The notes beneath the pieces were generated by a model. That model was not told the origin of the DNA. It did no database searches and was given only the letters and a program-made list of their open reading frames with translations. A stretch of DNA of 64,000 nucleotides from the NCBI RefSeq assembly GCF_964194155.1, contig NC_135898.1, positions 51,026,001 to 51,090,000 of the forward strand, written 5' to 3'. Origin of the DNA: Cetorhinus maximus. Lineage: Eukaryota. Of this stretch, positions 1 to 11,500 are shown one piece after another; the stretch's first letter is position 1; every line of letters begins with the position of its first letter. A program made the position numbers and the translations under genes.

Positions 1-1308
1 TTCAAGGTAATCAGACAGAGTCAACATGGTTTTGTGAGAGGGAAATCATGTTTAACCGATTTATTGGAGCTCATTGAAGAAGTAACATGTGCTGTGGGTA
101 AAGGAGAAGCAATGGATGTACTGTACTTAGATTTCCAGAAAGCATTTAATTAGGTGTCACACCAAAGATTATTGTGGAAAATAAAATTTCATGGTGTAGG
201 GGGTAACATATTGGCATGGATGGAAGATTGGCTGGCTAACAGAAAACAGAGGAGAGCCATAAATGGGTATTTTTCTGATTGGCGGGATGTAATGAGTGGT
301 GTGTCAAAGGGATCAGTGCTGGGACCTCAACTTTTTACAATTTATATCAATGACTTGGCTGAAGGGACAGAAGGTATGGTTGCTAAATTTTCTGATGATA
401 CAAAGATAGGTAGGAAAGTAACTTGTGAAGAGGACATAATGAGGCTACAAGGGAGCATAGATAGGTTAAGTGAGTGGAGAAAAATCGAGCAAATGAAGTA
501 TAATGTGGGGAAAATGTGAAACTGTCCATTTTGGTAGGAGAATAAAAAAGCATCATTATCTAAATGGTGAGAGATTGTAGAGCTTTGTTAAGCAGAGGGA
601 TTTGGGTGTCCTAATGCATGAATCACAAAAGGCTAATATGCAGGTACAGTAAGTGATTAGGAAAGCTGATAGAATGTTATTGTTTATTGCAAGGGGAATT
701 GAATACAAAAGTAGGGAGGTTATGCTTCAATTGTACAGGACACTGGTGAGACCACATCTGAAATACTGTGTACGGTATTGGTCTCCTTATTTAAGGAAGT
801 ATATAGATGCAATTAGAAGCAGTTCAGAGAAGGTTTACTACACTAATACCAGGAATGGGCAGGTTGGCTTATGAGGAAAGGTTAGACAGGCTAGGTTTGT
901 ATCCACTGCAGTTTAGAAGAATAAGAGGCGACTTGATTGAAACATATGAGATCCTGAGGGGTCTTGACAGGGTGGATGTGGAAAGGATGTTTCCTCTTGT
1001 AGGAGAATTTAGAACTAGGGGTCACTGTTAAAAATACGGGGTTGCCCATCTAAGACAGATGAGAAGAAGTTTTTTTCTCTCAGAGGGTCATGAGTCTTTG
1101 GAACTCCCTACCTCAAAAGGTGGTGGAAGCAGAGTCTTTGAATGTTTTCAAGGCAGAGGTAGATAGATTCTTGATAAAGAAGAGGGTGAAGGGTTATTGG
1201 GGGTAGGCGGTGGTTACAGTCAGATCAGCCATGATGTTATTTAATGGCAGAGTAGGCTCGAAGGGCTGACTGGCCTACTCCTATACCTAATTTGTATGTT
1301 CATATGTT
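1..1308 (+). mobile_element. CR1-clade LINE, 3' part of ORF2 (RT) and 3' UTR, degenerate
   Basis: SQHGF/LDFQKAF/GSVLGPQLF/KFSDDTK, YKSREVMLQLYRTLVRPHL and RGDLIETY fragments; 3' tail ...ctactcctatacctaatttgtatgttcatatgttc. Confidence 0.93.
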
Positions 1309-1309
1309 C

Positions 1310-1470
1310 ATAAGTTCCTCTCCAGCCCTGAACAGATGTCCTGAACCCTGGCACTAGTCCAGCAACACAGCCTTCTGGACTCTCACTTCTTGCTGCAGAG
1401 AACAGTATCAATCCCCCTCACTATACTGTCACGTACTACTACTACATTCCTTTTTGCTCCCGCCATCCTA
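1310..1470 (-). mobile_element. CR1 ORF1 (esterase-like) fragment
   Basis: Reverse complement resembles the VVVGDSIVRGIDT...CLPGARVxDIxSGLE region at 30700-30850. Confidence 0.6.
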
Positions 1471-2462
1471 AATGTGTTTTAATTAACTACTTAATTATAT
1501 TATTCAATTAATTTTTTCCATTTTATAATATATTTTCTAACCTTACCACCAGTTTGTAGACTATTTTAAATCTTAGGAATAGAATAGACCTTCACCACTT
1601 AGCAGATACTCACCAAACAGTTAGCTTCGTCCACTGTAGTCGAGTAAGAACCAGTTTTTCTTGGTTGAAAAAGCTAGTAAAAGCAAAAGAGCATCTCCTT
1701 TCCATCTTCCCCTTGCTCCCTCACTCACCCAAATCTCAGCACGCTTGTTCAAAGTTACAGTCCTGTCAATCAGTTCAGTGATCTCACTGAATGGCTGGAG
1801 GGGCTGAATGGCCTAATCCTGTTCTCATCTTTCTATGTTGCATTTTATAGTATCTTCTAATATACCTAGCAGTGTCCATTTGGGGATACAGAAAGCTTCA
1901 GTGACTTAAGTATGGATCAGCTTAGAGCACTAACCAAGTGAAACAATCAGTTAATATACTCAAGTATTTTACTTGTTTTACTTTTTTGTCAATCTGTGGT
2001 GTTTCCATTATGATAAATTACAAGTAAGAAATAGTCTGATGAATATAATAATGATCGATTGTAATTGAAGAGATCTTGTCTAGTTGAATTAATTCCTTGC
2101 CCTAGTATATTGCAAGATCTGAGCATTTTGTTATATTGCCTTCTCTGCTGCCTCTCTGTTGGGGAGGTGGAAATAAAGTTATTTCAATAATGGCCACCTG
2201 CCGTGGAGCATTTGTTAGTCTTAAGAGTAATGCACAATGCTTACTATTGTTTTCATGTTATTATTACCAATTACGATCATATCTGAGCTTTCTGCATATG
2301 AAGGCATCATCTATATACAGCTGTGCAAATGAGAATAATTTAATTTGGGTTAAATCACCATTGCTACTGGTTGAATGCCTGTGTATTGTGTGGCAATTAT
2401 TCTGTGGTACTATAGTTCTAGAGAAACATAAAACAAACTACAATTTAAAGTATGCGATCAGT

Positions 2463-2468
2463 TTTATT
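2463..2468 (-). terminator. Polyadenylation signal AATAAA of the lipase gene
   Basis: AATAAA on the minus strand about 40 nt after the stop codon. Confidence 0.7.
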
Positions 2469-2508
2469 CATTTTCATGTGGCCACGATACAAGGTCATGA
2501 AGTAATTT

Positions 2509-2581
2509 TCAAGCATTTGAGCAAGGCAAAACAGTTTGCAGAACATCTTCACCAGCAACCCGAGTTCCACAAAATTTAAAG
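2509..2581 (-). CDS. Lipase terminal coding exon ([24 protein letters not shown])
   Basis: F-x-FC...EDVLQT..PC C-terminus; ttgcag acceptor; TGA at 2511-2509. Confidence 0.94.
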
Positions 2582-5500
2582 CTGCAAAACAAAATATTAC
2601 CCTGGAATAAGTAAATTTCTACATGTATGAAACATCTATTCAACATTCCTATATTTCATCAATTTGACTCCATATGTACCACAAGATAATGTAAATCTGT
2701 ATTCATATATTTTTGTGATTATATCATATTCATAAAAGTGATTCAATTCTACTACAAATGATAATTAAATACGTACATTTTTTAAATGAGGAAGCATTAA
2801 TTACATCACTGAAATAAGAGTTGAATTTTTTATTTTGAAGCCTTATTCTTAGCAGAATGTCCAATTCAACAACAATAGAATTTGAATTGAATGAACTGAT
2901 AACATAAACGTATATGGACCCTTGTTTTGTGTAACTGCTTGTATGATCCAGTAGGTAGAATGATTAAAGTACATTTCCTAAAACCCATTTGTATTAATTC
3001 TTTACATTTTCCAATATTTGTACTGATCAGTTTTATACTGCATTTCCTATATACTTGTAAGGCCCGATTTTAACCGGGAGTGAGAATTGGGTTGGTGGGG
3101 GGTGGGGTGGTGAGCCTGTGGCAAGTACTAAATGCTTCCTGGCCATCCTGGTTTGAGGCCCAGGTAATTTTAACAGCCTGAAACGTGCAGGAACAGCAAC
3201 TTGTCAGTAGGTGGAGCAGAATTTCAGGAGGCTATCAGCCACCACCAAAGGAATGGTTGCCAACAATAACGTAAATTGTGGTTTTCGGAACAGTCTTTCA
3301 TTCAGGAAGGGAGGGGATGTGAGGGTAGGCAACGTTCCTTGTGGGGCCTGGAGGAGACCTTGGTTTTCTACCCAGTGTTGGCGAGAAACTGTATACAAAC
3401 CTTAATGACATGCAAGTCCATGATGGAGGTCAGCAGTCTTCACACAAAGGCTGATCAATGCCTAGAATGGTCTTCTGGGTAAGGCAGTGGAGTCAAACAG
3501 TCTGGAATCATTCACAGCAATTGTAATGGCGAGGTTCATAGCAGGGATGAGTTAATTTCGCTCCTATGTCTGTACTCTTTTTATGTAATGTTTATAAATC
3601 TCTCACCTCTGATATGTTGCTTAACCTCTACCTTCACTGTGCTCCATCATTCCTTTCAGCCAAAAACTGGCATTCTGAACAGGGGCTCTTAAAGTACTGG
3701 TGAATTTTGAGCATCTCTCTATTTAGAGAATAGGTTTTAGCAACACAATTTTTAAAGATCTTCTGAGATGGCTCAAAAGGCCATCACGTTCAGTAAATTA
3801 GAACTTTATTAGCTTATTTTCAGGAAAAGTGTAAATGGACGTTTGGCTTTCATGGGGACTAGGCAATGTATCAGGGCTTTACCAACATGCTAAACCAGAA
3901 TAGTATGACATTATGGGATTGCCATCTTCTGATGTAATGATCATCACTTACAGTGGTCATTTGGGAGTCTGTCCAAACATATTGTAACCAGGATCCACAC
4001 TAGATATACAAATACTATTATAGTCAGTGTCTGAATCAGTTTTAGTCAATAATTTACTAAATGTGCACTTACATTTTTTGGTCATATACTCTTAATAGAG
4101 TTATACTTTGGGCTCCAATTTTTGGCCCAAAAAGATTTGGCAACAGATTATTCCAGAGAAATTTGACTTTCGTAACATCTCCTAAGTCTTCCTGCACATC
4201 GATGTCAGCTGTGAATGTTTTTCCAGACTCCAACAGTGCTCTGCAAAGCAAAATACACAGATCAGTATCTAAATCATTTGTGGCATATTAATGTTAACTT
4301 AACTTTTACAGTCTGAAGATAAGCAATGGAATTAAAAAAGTAAATGATCAGATTCAGAATTTTTATTGCAATCTATTAATTAATAAATATATCTTAACTG
4401 CAATTTGAATAAACATTGCAATTTGTAATGTGTATATACATAAATGCAAAAGATGGAGCAGCACACATGTTCAGAATAAATTGTGTTCAGTAGCAACATT
4501 TCCAAGAGGATAGACATCAACAAAGTGACTCATTGGGGGACAGCCTTCTGCTGGGCAACTGAAATTTAATGGCTCAATTTTAATGGTTTTTGACAACAAA
4601 TCCATTAAATATTTACTGCAGGGTTAACTAAATTCAGTGGGGTAAATTTCTCTGAATTCCCCAATCTGTTTAGACTGTTTCTCCAATGTTTCCGTGGTCT
4701 GCTGTTGAGGTTACAGCAATATGGGCAATAAATGTGGTCTTGTCAGTGCAGCCCACGTAAGGAGACAAAATTTTGAAACATCATTAAATAAATGATAAAA
4801 TAGGAATATCAGTTTTATTAGGCTGTGTGACAACCACACATTGGCAAAGGTTTTTTAAACACTTAGGGTGGAATCTTCCCATCTCACCAGCAGTGGGAAG
4901 TTTGGCGGTCAGGGGAAGTTAATTTGGCGTGAGGCCAAAAATCAGTTTCCTGACAGCGGGATTAACTGTAGGAATTAAGTTCTCAGGACTTTAAAGGCGG
5001 GTTAAAGGTGGGTCGAGCTTCCCGACAAGCAATGCCCAGAAGGCCTTATGCATGCAATAGCATGTCATTATTGGTCATTAAAAGGTCAGCTCGCCGCAAT
5101 CAAGTGCCCCCTCCAAATTAAGTTCCCAGTGAGAAATTTTATGACTACACATAAGAGGCGCAGACCTGATGAGGTAGACCTCTGGCATGATTAACAGCGA
5201 GTTGCTGTGTCACTGTCCTCTTTGGGGAGCATCTGTAAATGCCAGCCTGTGCTTCAGACCAGGTGGTGGCAGTGCAAGTTATGTGGATGATGACCAAGGA
5301 AGGGAGGAGAGTTAGCAGGGAAGGGTGGAGCAGTGGCCGGACAAAGATAGAAGGGATAATGAAGAGTGTGCGGGTGCCCTTTAAATATGGTGTCTGGACC
5401 TTCAGCCCCATGAGGTAATGGCAAGGACAGCGATTTCCTACCTACCTCCGCTGCGAGAATCAGCGAGCCCCTTGCAGATGCATATTTAATGCGCTGAACA

Positions 5501-8500
5501 GCGCAAGGTCGCATGTGGTCAGCTGTCCCGCCCCCCAGTGGAAATCACTCACTTCTGCACCTGCCACTGAACTTAGACTTCAGAATGGGAGATTCCAGCC
5601 TTAGAGCAATGATCTCCTGATCAGCAGCCATAACTTACTTTGCAATTTGAAGTTGTCCAGTATTGATATTGGAACCATACAAGGCAATATTGAAGAATCC
5701 TCTGATATTCCGTGTACATGCAATTTTAACAGAAACCTTGTATCTCCAGCCTGTTATAAATGATCAGATTCAGAGATTTTATTGCAATCTCTTAATAAAT
5801 ATGCTTCAAGTGCAATTTGAAAACCATTGTAATTTGTAATGTATATATACATACGTGCAAAAGTTGGAGCAGGACCCGTGTTCAGAAAAAATTTGGGTTC
5901 ACTAGTAACATTTCCACGAGGATAGGTATTAGCATAGTGACCCATTGGGGGACAGCCTTCTGGTAGACAAGTGAAACAATGCCCCTTAGAAAAGCAAACA
6001 TATTGTGAAGGTGTCTTCATTGGCAGTTGTCTTCTTTTATTAAATATTTATAAGCAACCCATAAAGCCACAAGGGAGTTTGGCTTAGAATTAATAAAACA
6101 ATCTAAAGCCAATAATCCATCTAGTCTTGGCCAATGAGCCAATCCAACAGCTCTATTATCTCAGCCAACGTAACAAATATGGGCCCTACAAGCAAGTCTC
6201 AGGGATGTCCAGGTCACAACAAAACTCTAAAGTGCTAAAATGTTGCCTTCAAGGCACTAGAAAGGGCAAGTCAGTGCAAAACAGCCAGAGAAATCTACAG
6301 TGATAAGAGCAACAATGGTTATTGTAAATTCTTCAGGCTTACATTCAAGGTTAACAATAATGTTGTGAATAGACATTTGGTAGTACAAAATTTGAATATT
6401 GCTGAAAAAAAAGAAACTTTTTTTAGTCAAAGCTTTTCATCCTGCACTCATTAGGACAATGCACAAGAATACCAAATTTAAAGGGAGCAACAATTTATAC
6501 TGTATGGGAAGAGAGTGCTGATTGGTTGGCAAGTGGACTCTAATTGGTAGAGGCATTGCCATGGAGAATGCACCAGTTGATGGTGACTGACTGTTAACTG
6601 CCAAACATTGTTTGAAATTTAAACCAGGCAGCTTAACTCCGGTCAAGACATTGCCCTGAAGAATGCACCAGCAAACTCAAAACAAAGTGTCTAACATTAG
6701 ATGTATAATGCCTTGACCAGAGTTAAGCTGCCTGGTTTAAATTTTAAACGTTTGATAGTTAACAGTCAGTCACCATCAGCTGGTGCATTCTCCATGGCAA
6801 CGACTCCAATTGCTAACCAATCAGCACTCTCTTCTCATACTGTATAAATTGTTGTTCCTTTTACATTTGGTATTCTTATGAATTGTACTAATGAATGCAA
6901 GACGAAAAGTTTTAACTAAAAAAAGTCCCTTTTTTCAGAAATACTCAATAATTTTGTAGCTATATTGTCTCTATTTGCCCTGTGTTTCACTAGAGTAATA
7001 GTAAAGAACTGGCAAACTATAGTACATTATTAAACAAAATTAGTCAGTAGAATTTACTTGTATATCGAATAAATGACTGCCAGTTATAGGTATTATCTTT
7101 GGCAGTCTGTCATCTATTTACCTATTCATTGTAAATCATCAGTCTTTGGAAATGTTAGTTAATATTAAACCTCATGGAGGGAAAAAAATGCCCTGGAATG
7201 TTTCACCTGAATGCTAAAATACTGCAGCACTTCCATCTCAACATACCTTGCTTGTAAAAGATTTTTAAAATTTAATTTAATAACTTAATGCAGGTGATGA
7301 GATGGTGAAGACAACAGCTTGAAATTCCATGGGACCATTTACATTGGTTTATGACTCTAAGCTGATATTGTCCGGTGCTGGCTCCACTGTGGGTTCAGCT
7401 CATTTATGTGTCTTTTTTTAGTGCAAATCCTGTGCAATATGGAAGTATTGTGCTGGGAAATTATTGGCATTGGCCCTATTTACATAGCAGTTTTTGACAA
7501 GCAGCCATAAGGAACATGTAATTTATGGCGGCAAGGAAAATGTGATGAAGGTAAGAGGAAGAATTGCTTGCCGCACGTAACAAAATCATAAACATTCCCT
7601 TTTCAGGTGTCTTAACAAAAGCGCAGAAGCTGGTTCCTTGAACAATTAATCACCCTTGGTATTTGATATGGTTTCTCCACTAAAGGGGAACCCAAAGAGA
7701 GCGTGCTTAAGTTCTTAACAGACTTTATCTATTACAGTCAATTATGTTAAGTCAAAGTTGCTTAATTCAAATTATCTGATAATTCAATTATATGAACATT
7801 AAAACTCTAATTTGCTGTATTGTTTACATTATTTAATTCAAACTATAATTCAAATCTTTTACACAGTAATAACTATAAAGGTTCTCTTTACAATGCAGTT
7901 TGTGGTGTTCTCTGGAACTGACTGAACTGTACTTAAAGCTTGTTAAGATTTCACCATAAAGAAAAACTAGATCTGCAACTAACTTAGAAACTCCAATTTC
8001 GGAGCATCTTGAAATGCTGGGAGAAATTGCAAGAGGAAACTTACTGCTGTAAAGTCATCATAGTTGTTACATGGAATACCCATGAATCCATTTTTGGTTC
8101 CGATACTCTCAGTGTAATATTTATATGACCGTAAGTGGCTGCATGCTGCAAAATTGCGAGTTCCTTTAAAAGAATCAGCAAATGTTTGTACAGTTTATTG
8201 CAGTGAATGAAAAACCATAGATAAATAAATCAGCTCTCAATACTTAATAGATATATAATTACAGATACTGAATTTTGTTAATGAAAGAGAACTGTTCGTG
8301 TTCTGAAGCATGCAGTGAATAAGAAATTTTTGTACCTTCCCAAATGCCATTAATATCAATTATAGTTGAAACAATATTTTTGTCACATCCGGGCATTAAT
8401 TGTCCACCATTTGGATAGAAGTCAAGATGTCCAACGGGTTCGAACATTCCCAAACCTGTTAGGTTAATGCAATCACAATTAGAAAGCAGTAAAAATCAAT

Positions 8501-11500
8501 TGTCGCTTTCTGTTGCTCAATAACCTTTTTGTAGAAAATCTTACCAAGGTAAGGAATCAATGGAGCACCATTAGAGTGGATAACATCAACAAACAATGCA
8601 TCTGAAGGATCCAGCCGAACTTCAATGGGAGTGTTCTTAAAAAAGGGTTTGGCTGGATCTAGACCTACAGTAAATAATAAAGTTAGTGAACTGCAGTGAA
8701 TGCAAACTTTTCAAGTAATTTTTCATTATTGTTATTTCTATTTTGTAATATATCATATGCAGCGGGCATTCGTTTTTACATTTTGAGCCCCATTGATTAT
8801 TGTACATATATGATGACCTCTGCCTTCCCCAATGGTAGACTCAATTTAGTCCCAAGTAGCTATATATCCATAGATGCAAACTACCCAGGTGTAGCTGTCA
8901 GTGCTTTGGAATATGCAATGTTTCTACATTTTTGCACCCCAGTGTTAATCTGTAGTTCTCCCAGCATGAGTAATACAGGCTATATACCTCATCTACTCCC
9001 CGTGGCAGTTGCCTTTACAGCCTTCATCTCAGCGCCAGATTACCAATTAGTGTAAAATTATGGATTGTGGGTCATTTTATGCTGTGTATTACACATCACT
9101 GGAACCTAGATTGACACTTTCCAAATTTACTTCACTCAGAACGAGTGGCAGATACAAGAGATCCTCATCTCACTGGTGTAGACTGAATCCCAATTCAGAT
9201 AGCAGATGTGGAATGACTAAATTCTAACCCAATGTACCATCGAGTTCTTTGTGCTTTTAAAAATGTTGTTTTACATTTTTGCAGTCCTTCACACATGCAG
9301 CCTTGGTAATTATCAATCTCCTCTTAGGCATACATCAATAAATCAAGTGAGTGTGACAGTCCTCAGCTACTGTGCATGAGCAACAGAACACTAGCTCCTG
9401 ACACGCATGCAATATTTTATTTTGTCATTGTTAGAGGAGCTCCTTGGGGGAAATATTTTAGCTTCAGTGAAGGAAACAGGAGCTTAAAATGCATTTGTAG
9501 AAAAATACTCAGTTTTTGCTTTTTTTCTCAGTAAGTAGTTGCTGAATACTGAAATATTTACCTGTGATTCTTCCAATCCCTGGAATGCGTTTTCCTGCTT
9601 CTCCAGCAATATGACTGCCCAGGCTATGGCCAATAATGTGGATCTCGGTACGTGAGTAGTTAAAATTTTTCTATTTATACACAAACGAATATATTTTAAT
9701 GTGACTGTACTATTCTTCTTAGAATTGTAATGTGCTGTAACTCTTCAGTAAGTTTGGCTTTACCTCTAACACACCAATAAGATATGCTATTTCTGCACCA
9801 ACCACCCGGACGTTGTTAGCAGCCTGATCGTATAAGGTTCTTGAACCACGTACCCAATCAACACAAATGCAATTCACATCTTCCACTTTAAACATTGCCT
9901 TAAAAATAAGTCCACAACAATGATTACAACTTGCATTTATATTGCGTCTTTAATATAGTAAAATGTCCCAAGATACTTCACAGAGAGAAAAACAGAAGTT
10001 TAAAAAAAGACATACAAAAAACAGTGATAAGAGGAGGGGTGACTAAAAGCTTGGTAAAAAGGGCAGGTTTAGGGAGCGTCTGAAAGGAAGAGTGGCATAG
10101 ACATGGAATACGAGAAAGTGAGGTCTGAGAGGCTGACAATAAACTGCCAATGGTAGAGTGAAGGGAGGGAGGCGGCACAGAAGTGTAGAGAGTAGGAGGA
10201 ACAGAGAGCCGGGGGGGTAGGAGATTGCAAGGCTGAAGGAAGTTACAGAGATAGGAAAGGACACCTTCAATTTAAAGGTTTCATCTTTAAGGGATTTAAA
10301 AAGATGGGTGAGAATTTTAAATCAGAGGTTTTAGGGAAAGGATAGTCAATGTAGGTCAGCAAAACCATAAGCAAGCAAGACTTAGTGTGAAATAGGATAC
10401 AGACAGTAGGATTTTTAATGAGCTGAAATTTACGGAGGGTGAGAGACTCGACAGGAGAACATTAGAATAGTCAAGATTAAAGATGACAAAGGCATGGACA
10501 AGAACTTTGGCAGCAGATGGGCTGACGATTCTTCTATGGTGGAAGTAGGCAATCATTGTAGCAGGAAGCGAAGTTGGATGAGGCTAGAGTGACGTGGGTG
10601 GCCCGTGATCAAGCCATAGAAGGCATGGGAGATGGGAAAGTCAAGGAGTGTCCAAATATGGATAGAAATGTTTATATGGAGAGAAAGATTTAGTGAGGTT
10701 AAGAGAGCAGTGAATGAACAAGGGAAAGAGAAAGAGCAAGGAGAACTGATGTGGTGATTGAAATCACCAAGGATGAGGATATGGAGTTGGAAGTTATATC
10801 TAAAAGAGATACCAAGGTTGTGAATAGTCTGGTTCAGCCTGAAACAATGGCTGGTGGGGGTAGGAGGTGGGGTGGTGGTGGTGGGGGTGGGGGCGTGGGT
10901 GTATGGAATCTGTGTTTGTTGTTTGTAGCAGGGGCTGAAAATTATGGCTTTGGTCTTCTCAATATTTAACTGGAAGAGTTTATGACTCATGCAAGAAATA
11001 ATGCTGAAGTAACCACCCAACAAAACAGCAACAGTGGAAGGCATGAAAGAGATAGCTGTGAAATAGAGCTGGATGTCATTATGTCTGTGAATGAATGTCA
11101 CCAGTGGCAGCATGAACAAAAGTAGGGAGCCAAGAGTCTATCTTTGGAGGATTCTGGATGTCAAGGTGTCGAGACTGGAAGAGAAGCCATTGCTAAAGGT
11201 TCTCTCACTACGATCAATTAGGTAAGAAGGTAGGAGTGGAACCAAGCGACAGCAATCCTATTGAGCTGCATAATGCAGAGAGGCTTTGGAGCAGAATGGT
11301 GGAATTGAACATGTCAGACAGTGAGAGGGAAACAAGGAGGGGTAATGCACAACATTCTCAGAGGATGTAATCTGTAACCTTGGTCAGGGCTGTTTCGGTT
11401 CTGTGGCTGGGCTGGGATCCTGATTGCAGCAATTCAAAGATGGAGCTGTGTGAAAGATGGGCATGGATCTGGGAGATGACAACAATTTCAAGGACTTTGG

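Noticed and set aside
2136-2579. 147-aa plus-strand ORF
   Set aside because: Antisense to the lipase terminal exon and 3' UTR, non-ATG start, no recognisable motifs.
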